From the sequence record MF385003.1: a stretch of DNA of 32,000 bases. One strand, 5' to 3'. The position numbers and the translations under genes are program-made. Of this stretch, positions 11,366 through 19,663 are shown piece by piece (the first letter of the stretch is position 1; each line of letters begins with the position of its first letter). The notes under the pieces were generated by a model, which saw nothing but the letters and a program-made list of their open reading frames with translations, did not search any database and was not told the DNA's origin.

Positions 11366-12520
11366 ATGATAAAAAGAATACCAGCAGTTCTCGTATTAGA
11401 AGATGGTACTTATTATAAAGGGTGGTCATTTCAGACAGAGCAATCAAAAGTTACTATTGGAGAAGTTGTCTTTAACACTGGTATGACGGGATATCAAGAA
11501 ATAATTACAGACCCAAGTTATTTTCAGCAAATTGTTACTTTTACCTATCCAGAAATTGGAAATACTGGTATTAATAGTCAAGATATAGAATCTCAAACTA
11601 TCAGTATTAAAGGGTTAGTTGCTAAAAATATTTGTAAAATTTCAAGTAGTTGGAGACAGCAAGAATCATTAATTCAGTATTTAAATAGGTATCAAATCCC
11701 CTTTATTTTTGGGATAGATACAAGATCCTTAACCCAATATTTACGGCGATCTGGAACTATGAATGGATGCATCTCTAATAGAAACTTAAATCGTACATAT
11801 TTACAGCAAAAGCTGTCTAAATTTCCCAGTATGACCGGACTAGATCTAATTCCAAATGTAACCACAAACATAATATATAACTGGGATGAAAAAAGTTTGC
11901 CAACTTGGTACTTAGCTGATAGAAATAGAGAAAAATTATCTTGTCAACCAAGGGTTGTAGTTATAGATTTTGGAGTGAAATTCAACATTTTAAGAAGACT
12001 TGCCACATTAGGATGTGAAATAATTGTAATGCCAGCCTTAACTCCAATGGAAGATATACTATCTTATAATCCAGATGGTATACTGTTATCTAATGGCCCA
12101 GGAGATCCTTCAGCAGTCAATTATGGAATTCAAACAGTAAAAGAGCTATTGAATCAGAATATTCCAATTTTTGGAATCTGTATGGGACATCAAATTTTAA
12201 ACTTGGCACTAGAAGGTAAAACATTTAAGCTTAAGTTTGGCCATCGAGGTATTAATCACCCCTCAGGCTTAAAACAGCAAGTCGAAATAACTAGCCAAAA
12301 TCATGGTTTTGCAGTTGATCTACAATCGGTTTTAGCATCGTCTTTACAAGTGACGCACTTTAATTTAAATGACACTACAGTAGCAGGAATCGGTCGCAGT
12401 AGAAGTCCTTACTTCTCTGTCCAATATCATCCAGAGTCTAGCCCAGGTCCTCACGATGCCGATTATCTATTTGAATACTTCCTTGAAATAATGAAACAAT
12501 TTAGACAGAAGGCTAACTAA
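11366..12520 (+). CDS. carA: Carbamoyl-phosphate synthase small (glutamine amidotransferase) subunit
   Basis: 384 aa. N-terminal CPSase small-chain domain (LVLEDGTYYKGWSF, FNTGMTGYQE). GATase triad context (GICMGHQ, HPE). Confidence 0.95.
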   Translation: MIKRIPAVLVLEDGTYYKGWSFQTEQSKVTIGEVVFNTGMTGYQEIITDPSYFQQIVTFTYPEIGNTGINSQDIESQTISIKGLVAKNICKISSSWRQQESLIQYLNRYQIPFIFGIDTRSLTQYLRRSGTMNGCISNRNLNRTYLQQKLSKFPSMTGLDLIPNVTTNIIYNWDEKSLPTWYLADRNREKLSCQPRVVVIDFGVKFNILRRLATLGCEIIVMPALTPMEDILSYNPDGILLSNGPGDPSAVNYGIQTVKELLNQNIPIFGICMGHQILNLALEGKTFKLKFGHRGINHPSGLKQQVEITSQNHGFAVDLQSVLASSLQVTHFNLNDTTVAGIGRSRSPYFSVQYHPESSPGPHDADYLFEYFLEIMKQFRQKAN

Positions 12521-12527
12521 TTACCAT

Positions 12528-13244
12528 TTAGTAATTGTCCCATGCTTTATGAGAAAAAAGCGCTGACAAGACTTGCACTCCTCGTAGTTGATTGCAAAGA
12601 GGTAAGTGCCCCTTAGGGCCAGTAGAGTTCCAATGAAACTCATCTGGATATCTACAAGGCACACGGTTAATTTCCCAACCGATTTTGTACCAAAACAGCT
12701 CCCAGTTTTTTTCTACAGCAAGCCAAATTTGCCTCTGGATAAAAAAGCCAAACTTACCTTTTGAGTGTGCGTTCCATAATTGGTCCATAGTTTGTAAATC
12801 TTCAACAGGTATTTTTTTGATATCAGTAAAATATAGCCAGTTTCTACTTTTTTCATCTACGCCAGCTAATTTAACTAGTTTTTGTTGTGTTAGCTTATCG
12901 GCGGCTATTAAATCATCTTGAACTAGTAGGATTTGTAGATCCTGATAATCCATTTGTTTATCTGATTTTAAAGGAACAATGCCTTTGGGACAGAGTTTCG
13001 ATGTGAATTGTCTAATCTCTGAATTTTGGCTATTTAAAAGTTTTTCATATATTAAACCATCAACACAATTACTCATATATTCAGGCTTAGTAATCCTGTA
13101 ATGAAAAATCTCAGCTAGTTCTTTTAATTGTACATAATTATCATCCTGTATCCTCTCAATAATTTCAAGTTGTTTTTTAATAGTATTTTTTGAACTGTTA
13201 GTTTCTTCTAATTCAGATAGTTGAACTTGAATTTGATTTTTCAT
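12528..13244 (-). CDS. ycf53: GUN4-domain protein (Ycf53)
   Basis: 238 aa. C-terminal GUN4 signature: LQTMDQLWNAHSKGKFGFFIQRQIW...GWE...CRYPDEFHW...GHLPL. Confidence 0.85.
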   Translation of the reverse strand: MKNQIQVQLSELEETNSSKNTIKKQLEIIERIQDDNYVQLKELAEIFHYRITKPEYMSNCVDGLIYEKLLNSQNSEIRQFTSKLCPKGIVPLKSDKQMDYQDLQILLVQDDLIAADKLTQQKLVKLAGVDEKSRNWLYFTDIKKIPVEDLQTMDQLWNAHSKGKFGFFIQRQIWLAVEKNWELFWYKIGWEINRVPCRYPDEFHWNSTGPKGHLPLCNQLRGVQVLSALFSHKAWDNY

Positions 13245-13280
13245 CTGATTTTCTTAATTAATTTAAATATTTAAGAAGTT

Positions 13281-14243
13281 CTAAAGAGAATTAGATTGTT
13301 TTTTAAAATTAGAACTTCGGTGAATTACCTCTAAGAATGTCCTCATAATTTGATTAAATAGATTCTGTCCAATATAAATTATAAATTGCCCGATTAAGAA
13401 AACTGTACTTTTTATTTTTGGAATAAAAAAGTCTTGAATTTCAAGTAGAAAGGTAATCAAGACCTGTGCTGAGGATAATGTATATAATTCAGTAGATCTA
13501 CATGCATATACATATTGACAATTTAAGCCCTCCTGGTAAAATACCCAAACTTTATAACGGCTCTCATAGATTGCCCGTGGTCTCTCAATATAATTTTGAA
13601 TCAAAGTATTCCAGACTAAATTATTTTTTAATTTCTCTAGTTTTCTATCAGATAAAAATTTCACATTGCATAAACAGCTTGCATTCGTTTCGTGTACTGT
13701 TTTAAAATTTTGAACTAATATATGAGCAATAATATTACTTAATTGAATTAAGTAATTTTCTAGAAAAATTTCAACTTGTTTAATTGGTATATTTTCGGCA
13801 AAAAGATTAAATGTTTTTTTTACTTTTGAAGATGATCCAAAAATTAGTTGTATTATAAGAATTTGTAGTAGCATCTTGTAATCACACATAAGATAGTTTA
13901 TATCATGAATGTTTTGGCAGATACTAGTGTAATCTAGCTCATATAATCTACAAAATCTTTTAACACACCTATGAAATAAGTCAATTAAAATATTTTCTGT
14001 TAAATCGGTAACATCATTTAAGTCTAAATTAGAAGTGTAGATTTCTAGAAGAATTTTCTCTAATTCTGCCAGGATTATTTTTAACAAGTTTCTTTTTACT
14101 TCAGTTCGAAACACATCTAAAATTAATACTTCTTGCGAACAATTTGTTAATTTTTTATTAATTTTTGCAGAAGTTCTAACTAATAATTCTGCTACTTCTG
14201 TATTGAGTATTGGTCCCTGAGCACTAGGCCAGTAATTATTCAC
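13281..14243 (-). CDS. ycf55: Conserved plastid/cyanobacterial protein of unknown function (Ycf55-type)
   Basis: 320-aa helical, Leu/Ile-rich ORF with no recognisable catalytic motif. The symbol comes from its size and its position between ycf53 and ycf54, as I remember it for Porphyra-type plastomes. Confidence 0.6.
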   Translation of the reverse strand: MNNYWPSAQGPILNTEVAELLVRTSAKINKKLTNCSQEVLILDVFRTEVKRNLLKIILAELEKILLEIYTSNLDLNDVTDLTENILIDLFHRCVKRFCRLYELDYTSICQNIHDINYLMCDYKMLLQILIIQLIFGSSSKVKKTFNLFAENIPIKQVEIFLENYLIQLSNIIAHILVQNFKTVHETNASCLCNVKFLSDRKLEKLKNNLVWNTLIQNYIERPRAIYESRYKVWVFYQEGLNCQYVYACRSTELYTLSSAQVLITFLLEIQDFFIPKIKSTVFLIGQFIIYIGQNLFNQIMRTFLEVIHRSSNFKKQSNSL

Positions 14244-14382
14244 GTTATATCATAGTAAAGAATATGTAATTCAACTTTTACGATAACTTTTTAATATACT
14301 GAAAAGCAAGTTTATTCCTCTGTAACCTTAAATATAGATATTTTACAGATCTTAATAGTTATTTATCAAAGAAAGTTATATT

Positions 14383-14402
14383 ATAGTAACGATCGTTACT
14401 AT
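14383..14402. repeat. 20-nt perfect palindrome ATAGTAACGATCGTTACTAT in the ycf55/ycf54 divergent spacer
   Basis: Verified base by base as self-complementary. The centre is CGATCG. It ends 20 nt before the ycf54 ATG. Confidence 0.9.
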
Positions 14403-14421
14403 TTTATTAAGATTCAGAAGT

Positions 14422-14748
14422 ATGACAACTTACTATTTTGCACTTGCTAGTCAAAATTTCTTATTATCAGAAGAACCTCTAGAAGAAGTTTTCAGAGAAA
14501 GAATTAATTATTACCAATCGAATAATAAAGAAATTGATTTTTGGTTAATTCCAAATCCAAATTTTTTAAATAGACCTGCCATGACCAAGTTTAAAAATTT
14601 AGTTCCAGATGAAGCTATAGCAATAATCTCAACTAATTCTATCTTTATTAATTGGCTGAAACTAAGAATTGGATATGTTTGTATAGGACAATTTGAAGAT
14701 AGCCTGAAGCTTTCTGAAGAGTCTTTAAGCATTGTAAATCAACCTTAG
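14422..14748 (+). CDS. ycf54: Ycf54 (Mg-protoporphyrin monomethyl ester cyclase accessory factor family)
   Basis: 108 aa. N-terminus MTTYYFALASQNFLLSEEPLEEVFRERINYY matches the Ycf54 family pattern. Confidence 0.85.
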   Translation: MTTYYFALASQNFLLSEEPLEEVFRERINYYQSNNKEIDFWLIPNPNFLNRPAMTKFKNLVPDEAIAIISTNSIFINWLKLRIGYVCIGQFEDSLKLSEESLSIVNQP

Positions 14749-14761
14749 AAATATAGATTTA

Positions 14762-15712
14762 TCAGTCATCACCTAGAATTTTATGCTGAGATGGAGTAAC
14801 AAATAATGTAAGTATCTCTTGACTAAAAGTTTCAGTCGCTTTTGATTTATATCTATTGGGGTTTACTATAATAGAAAGCATCCTTTTGATAGTGACATTT
14901 TCGATTTGAGTCCAATGTACAATCCCAAGCTCTAACTCTTTAGCAATAGCTGAAACGGAAACAAAGGCAGCACCTAAACCAGATTGAACAGCATTTTTAA
15001 TAGCTTCTATTGAATTTAATTCCATTTCTATTTTAAAACGACTACTATCAATCCCGTGCTGACTTAGTACTTTATCAATTACTTTTCTAATTGTAGATTG
15101 AGTATCCAGAGCAATAAATCGCAGTCGATATAAGTCTTCTTTTTGTATGTCTCCTAATTGTGAAAAAGGATGTGATTTAGGTAATATCAATGCTAGCTCA
15201 TCTTCCGCATAAGATGTAACCTGTAGCACATCTTGCAATTCAGTAGGTACTTCTCCTCCTATAATTGCTAAGTCAACTTGTCCATTAGCAACACTCCATG
15301 AAATTAATCTGGTTGAATGAACTTGTAATTGTACTGCTACTTGTGGATATCGTTGTCTAAAAAGACCTATTAGTCTTGGCATTAAATATGTTCCAGTTGT
15401 TTGACTAGCGCCAATAATTAGTGTCCCACCTTGTAAGTTTTGTAAATCATCAAGTGCTCTACAAGTTTCTTCACATAAAGCTAAAATTCTTCCTCCGTAT
15501 CTCAATAAAAGACTTCCAGCTTCAGTTAAGCTTGCTTTTTTATTCCCTCTCTCGAAAAGGGCAACGTTTAATTGACGTTCTAAGTTTTGAATTTGTAAGC
15601 TAATAGCTGGCTGGGAAACATATAAGCTATTAGCAGCTTTTTTAAAGCTTCCCTCTTTTGCAATTGCTTTTAATATTCTTAACTGATCTAATGTAAATGG
15701 AAGATCTGTCAT
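14762..15712 (-). CDS. rbcR: LysR-type transcriptional regulator (RbcR/CbbR-like, Ycf30)
   Basis: 316 aa. N-terminal wHTH ([41 protein letters not shown]) and a C-terminal LysR substrate-binding domain. Confidence 0.92.
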   Translation of the reverse strand: MTDLPFTLDQLRILKAIAKEGSFKKAANSLYVSQPAISLQIQNLERQLNVALFERGNKKASLTEAGSLLLRYGGRILALCEETCRALDDLQNLQGGTLIIGASQTTGTYLMPRLIGLFRQRYPQVAVQLQVHSTRLISWSVANGQVDLAIIGGEVPTELQDVLQVTSYAEDELALILPKSHPFSQLGDIQKEDLYRLRFIALDTQSTIRKVIDKVLSQHGIDSSRFKIEMELNSIEAIKNAVQSGLGAAFVSVSAIAKELELGIVHWTQIENVTIKRMLSIIVNPNRYKSKATETFSQEILTLFVTPSQHKILGDD

Positions 15713-15930
15713 TAAAGAATTGTATTATAATGTATATGTATTATATTATTTAATATTTATCAATGAATAGAGTCGCTAAGTTAAATATTTGTTATTAAGC
15801 TTCATTATTTTTGAAATAATAAAAATTATAATGGCGAATACAGTGTATGAGATTTTAATATCTCTTTAATCTTAAATTTATATAATAGATATATTGAATT
15901 TAGTTTTAACTACAAAATATAGGAGATAAC

Positions 15931-16041
15931 ATGGACTCTAGACTTTTAATAGTTTTAATACCAGTTTTAGCAGCTGCTTCTTGGGCAGTTTATAATATTG
16001 GTAGAGTTGCTTTACAGCAATTTCGTAAAATGACATCCTAG
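15931..16041 (+). CDS. psbY: Photosystem II protein Y (Ycf32)
   Basis: Not in the ORF track. Translates to [36 protein letters not shown] (36 aa). AGGAG lies 7 nt upstream. Confidence 0.85.
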   Translation: MDSRLLIVLIPVLAAASWAVYNIGRVALQQFRKMTS

Positions 16042-16073
16042 TTTTATTTAGAAATTAGATTTTTAGTTTCAAT

Positions 16074-16102
16074 GAGATAGAGAACTTGATATTTTCTATC
16101 TC
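16074..16102 (+). terminator. Hairpin downstream of psbY
   Basis: 11-bp stem: 16074-16084 pairs with 16092-16102, including one G-U. 7-nt loop. Confidence 0.45.
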
Positions 16103-16150
16103 TCTTGTATATTTTAGTAAAAAAGTTTAGAGGTCTTGTACTTAATGCCA

Positions 16151-16163
16151 TTACACATTAAGC
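16151..16163 (+). repeat. Copy 1 of the 13-nt direct repeat TTACACATTAAGC
   Basis: Identical 13-mer at 16151-16163 and 16471-16483, exactly 320 nt apart and bracketing rpl32. Both copies are followed by similar sequence: TTATGTGGAA and ATTTGGAA. Confidence 0.85.
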
Positions 16164-16239
16164 TTATGTGGAATACCTATGTTTATAATAATTTGGTATT
16201 GAATTATCCCTTATAATTAATTAAATCAATAATAATATT

Positions 16240-16419
16240 ATGGCTGTTCCAAAGAAAAGAACATCTAAAGCAAAAAAAAATGCGCGTAAAGCAAATTGGA
16301 AAAATCAAGCAAAAACAGAGGCTCAAAAAGCATTGTCTTTAGCCAAGTCCGTGTTGACCGGTAAATCTAATGGGTTTGTTTATAATACCTCAGAAGTCAC
16401 AGATACTGTAGTTGAATAA
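16240..16419 (+). CDS. rpl32: 50S ribosomal protein L32
   Basis: Not in the ORF track. Translates to [59 protein letters not shown] (59 aa), with the canonical [10 protein letters not shown] start. Confidence 0.92.
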   Translation: MAVPKKRTSKAKKNARKANWKNQAKTEAQKALSLAKSVLTGKSNGFVYNTSEVTDTVVE

Positions 16420-16470
16420 TATTTTTTATTATTATAAAAAAATACATAATCTGCAAAATTTAAGTAACTC

Positions 16471-16483
16471 TTACACATTAAGC
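16471..16483 (+). repeat. Copy 2 of the 13-nt direct repeat TTACACATTAAGC
   Basis: Ends 2 nt before the TTG start of the RNase Z-like ORF. Confidence 0.85.
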
Positions 16484-16485
16484 AT

Positions 16486-17277
16486 TTGGAAATTATTCTA
16501 TTTAATAATAAAATAAACAGCAGATTTAATAAAGTTACAAGCACTAATTATGTAGCAAAGCTGGATCAAACCAGCGAAATTTGGCTATTCAATTGCATTG
16601 AAAATATTCAGCATATTTTTTTGAAAAGCCAATTAAAGTCAAGTCAAATTACTAAAATTTTTATCTCTGGTACAAGCTTTAAATATACAGCAGGTTTGCC
16701 TGGACTATTATCTAGCTTAACACTAAGCGGCAAAATAAATCCTATAAGTATATATGGTCCTATTTCTTTAAAAGTGTATGTTCAAGCTTGTACTAAATAT
16801 TCTCAAACAAATTTTTCCTTTCCCGTTAATTTTTACGCTGCGCGCTATGGGAAGCTTGTCTCTGAGCAATCATATACAGTAATTTGTTTACCACTGAGTT
16901 CTAATAATTTACTTTATGGCTTTACTATTTTAAAAAAACAACAACAAGGAGTTTTCAACCTAAAAAAAGCGATAACTCTCAATATCTCTCAAGGACCTAT
17001 CTATGGTGAGCTAAAAGGCAAATATAATTTTCTCAGCCCAGATGGTTATTATTTACATGGAGAAGATTTTTGTTCAAGCACTACGTTAGGAAATAAAATA
17101 TCAATTCCTGTACCAGTGAAATATTCTAGAATTATTTCTGAGATGCATTGGCTATGCTCTTATACTGCAGAATCAAATCCTCATGTACATCAGCAAGCAA
17201 CAAAGTATTTACTTAGCAATATCCAAACCGATGTTATGAGCTATCAAGTATCTCACGATAATAATTTGATTGAATAA
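16486..17277 (+). CDS. ycf56: RNase Z / metallo-beta-lactamase-fold protein with degenerate active site (Ycf56-type)
   Basis: 263 aa with a TTG start. An in-frame TAA lies at 16465-16467 and there is no ATG. The N-terminal ~100 aa are colinear with RNase Z, but the HxHxDH motif is replaced by SGTSFKY. The symbol comes from the 263-aa length and position, as remembered for Porphyra ORF263. Confidence 0.7.
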   Translation: MEIILFNNKINSRFNKVTSTNYVAKLDQTSEIWLFNCIENIQHIFLKSQLKSSQITKIFISGTSFKYTAGLPGLLSSLTLSGKINPISIYGPISLKVYVQACTKYSQTNFSFPVNFYAARYGKLVSEQSYTVICLPLSSNNLLYGFTILKKQQQGVFNLKKAITLNISQGPIYGELKGKYNFLSPDGYYLHGEDFCSSTTLGNKISIPVPVKYSRIISEMHWLCSYTAESNPHVHQQATKYLLSNIQTDVMSYQVSHDNNLIE

Positions 17278-17368
17278 TGATTGTTCTTGATATATAATGG
17301 TCTCGATAATCTTATTAATATAGATAATCCTCAGAGTATAATATTTTACATCAATTTTACTATAATAT

Positions 17369-17683
17369 ATGACATACGCAATTATTGAAGCAAGTGGGAA
17401 GCAGCTTTGGATAGAAGAAGGACGTTATTATGATCTTAATCACATACCCGTTGAGCCAGGCCAATCAATTATACTTGGTAAAGTTCTGTTATTAAATAAA
17501 GATGGCCATATTAGTCTAGGCCATCCTTGTATACAGGGCGCAGCAATTAAGGCAACGGTTGTAAGACATTTACGAGGAAAAAAACTAACAGTCTTTAAAA
17601 TGAAGCCCAAGAAAAAGATGAGGCTTAAAAAAGGTCATAGACAAGAGCTAACCCGTTTGATGATTGATTCAATCATGACTTAA
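17369..17683 (+). CDS. rpl21: 50S ribosomal protein L21
   Basis: 104 aa. MTYAIIEASGKQLWIEEGRYYDLNHIP is the canonical L21 N-terminus. Confidence 0.95.
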   Translation: MTYAIIEASGKQLWIEEGRYYDLNHIPVEPGQSIILGKVLLLNKDGHISLGHPCIQGAAIKATVVRHLRGKKLTVFKMKPKKKMRLKKGHRQELTRLMIDSIMT

Positions 17684-17730
17684 TGATATAAGATTAAATC
17701 CTTTTAGATAATTTAAATACAATCAATAAA

Positions 17731-17991
17731 ATGGCACATAAAAAAGGCAGTGGTAGTACAAGGAATGGTCGAGATTCTAATTCTAAGCGTCTTGGTGTAA
17801 AAAAATATGGTGGTGAACATGTAACAGCTGGTAACATTTTAATTAGACAGCGTGGTACTAAAGTAAAGCCTGGTCAGAATGTAGGAAAGGGTAAAGATGA
17901 TACTCTGTTTGCATTGATTGATGGATTTGTACTTTTTGAAAAATCAAATCAGAAGCAAAAAACAATTAGTGTATATTTTTCTAAAAATTAA
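17731..17991 (+). CDS. rpl27: 50S ribosomal protein L27
   Basis: 86 aa. [29 protein letters not shown]...[11 protein letters not shown] is canonical L27. Confidence 0.97.
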   Translation: MAHKKGSGSTRNGRDSNSKRLGVKKYGGEHVTAGNILIRQRGTKVKPGQNVGKGKDDTLFALIDGFVLFEKSNQKQKTISVYFSKN

Positions 17992-18000
17992 CTAAAAAAT

Positions 18001-18053
18001 TTGGTGCAAGATAAAATAAATAAGCGTATTTATTGTGATTAGACTGGCACCAG
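18001..18053 (+). other. Nested hairpin in the rpl27-rne spacer
   Basis: Outer stem TGGTGC (18002-18007) with GCACCA (18047-18052). Inner perfect 8-bp stem AATAAATA (18015-18022) with TATTTATT (18027-18034), with AGCG tetraloop. It may be an rpl27 terminator or an rne 5' leader structure. Confidence 0.4.
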
Positions 18054-18088
18054 ATGCTTGATTTATTAAAGATCTTCTTTGAAATTTA

Positions 18089-19624
18089 ATGACTAACACT
18101 ATTGTAATTTCCTGCCTGCACAATATTGCTGCTATTTTATATTGTGGTCAGATACAGAAACTAGTAGTAGCAAATGCTCATTATCAGCTAAATGATATCT
18201 ACTTAGGTACTGTAGATAAAATTTTTTCAGGAATTAATGCAGCTTTCATTAATTTAGGAAAAAATGAGTATAGTGGCTTTATTCATATAAGTGATACTGG
18301 GCCACTAAAGAAAAAATACTATGTAAATAATATTACTAATATTCTAACGATCCGACAAAAAGTATTAGTGCAGATTATAAAAGAGCCAACTTTAAATAAA
18401 GGACCAAGAGTAACTGCCAATATTACTTTATCTGGCAGATATATTGTCTTAATGCCTTTTAGTCAAGCTATTTGTATATCAAGAAAAATATATGATGAAG
18501 ATGAGCGTCACTATTTAACGGCTTTAGCTATCTTAATAAAGCCTGCAACGATGGGGTTATTATTCCGACCTTCTGCTATAGGTATAGATGAAGAAATTAT
18601 TTTAAGTGAACTCAGAAATCTAAAGGAACAATGGTCTTTTATTCAAAAGTCAGCAATTAATAATTGTGCACCCGTACTTCTTTATAAAGATGAAGATATT
18701 GTGAAAAAAGTCATTAGAGATTTTTATAACAATAATACAAAAAATATAGTAATTGATTCAAACCTAGGCTTAAAACAGCTGAATTATTATGTGCATACTT
18801 GGCAATGTAATTTTTCTAGTACTATTCCTTCAATTAAGCTTTATAGTAGTAATAAATGTGTCTTAGATGCCTTTCGTATTAATCAAGCTATTTCAAGAGC
18901 TTTAATACCTAAAGTTGATCTAATACTGGGTGGATATATGTTCATTGAAATCTTGGAAGCTTTTACTATAATCGATGTCAATTCTGGATCTTTTAATAAT
19001 TCTACTAGTGCACGTGAAACGGTTTTAAAAACAAATTGCTCTGCGGCAACAGAAATAGCTTATCAATTAAAAATTAGAAATATCGCAGGTGTTATTATAA
19101 TTGACTTTATTGACATGGAATCCCAAAGAGATCAGTTACAATTATTAGAACATTTTAACAAAGAGCTATCTTTTGATGATGCTAAACCTCAAATCGTGCA
19201 GTTGTCTGAACTAGGCTTAGTTGAGTTAACTAGAAGAAGAAAAGGCAAAAGCTTATATGAATTAGTTAGCAATGACTCAAATTACTTTCATTTTTTTATA
19301 CAATCAGAACAGCTTGACTCTACAAAGCCTTCTTCGTATAAAAATAAAAGACTTTCGAGTTCCGTAAAATCTTGGCTATTTTCGGAGATTGATATCATTA
19401 ACAAAGTTTTCTTAAAACAGTCAAATTTTTGTAGATTATCTAATTTTTACCGTGCTCGTCATCTATATATAATCTACAGTGATAATACTGTTAATCAGAA
19501 CGTTACGTTGGCAGTTAGGTATAAACTAATATATTCTATGCAATATATTCAACTAATACCACGTACTTGGTATTGTGATTTTTTAAATATACATACTAAC
19601 AATATTATAAGTTATGTATCCTGA
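18089..19624 (+). CDS. rne: Ribonuclease E/G family endoribonuclease (catalytic half only)
   Basis: 511 aa. S1 domain (IYLGTVDKIFSGINAAFINLGKNEYSGFIHISD). DNase-I-like catalytic region (IIDVNSGSF..ETVLKTNCSAATEIAYQLKIRNIAGVIIIDFIDM). Followed by a non-conserved Asn/Ser/Tyr-rich tail of about 110 aa. Confidence 0.9.
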   Translation: MTNTIVISCLHNIAAILYCGQIQKLVVANAHYQLNDIYLGTVDKIFSGINAAFINLGKNEYSGFIHISDTGPLKKKYYVNNITNILTIRQKVLVQIIKEPTLNKGPRVTANITLSGRYIVLMPFSQAICISRKIYDEDERHYLTALAILIKPATMGLLFRPSAIGIDEEIILSELRNLKEQWSFIQKSAINNCAPVLLYKDEDIVKKVIRDFYNNNTKNIVIDSNLGLKQLNYYVHTWQCNFSSTIPSIKLYSSNKCVLDAFRINQAISRALIPKVDLILGGYMFIEILEAFTIIDVNSGSFNNSTSARETVLKTNCSAATEIAYQLKIRNIAGVIIIDFIDMESQRDQLQLLEHFNKELSFDDAKPQIVQLSELGLVELTRRRKGKSLYELVSNDSNYFHFFIQSEQLDSTKPSSYKNKRLSSSVKSWLFSEIDIINKVFLKQSNFCRLSNFYRARHLYIIYSDNTVNQNVTLAVRYKLIYSMQYIQLIPRTWYCDFLNIHTNNIISYVS

Positions 19625-19663
19625 TTTCTATATTTTCGATGTATCCTGATTTCTATATTTTCG
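19614..19663. repeat. Perfect 2 x 25-bp tandem duplication spanning the rne stop codon
   Basis: ATGTATCCTGATTTCTATATTTTCG at 19614-19638 is repeated exactly at 19639-19663. The rne TGA (19622-19624) lies in copy 1. Confidence 0.95.

Noticed and set aside
16165-16215. Mini-ORF MWNTYVYNNLVLNYPL starting just after repeat copy 1.
   Set aside because: It has 16 codons, no SD and no homology. It was noted only because the second repeat copy abuts a real start codon.
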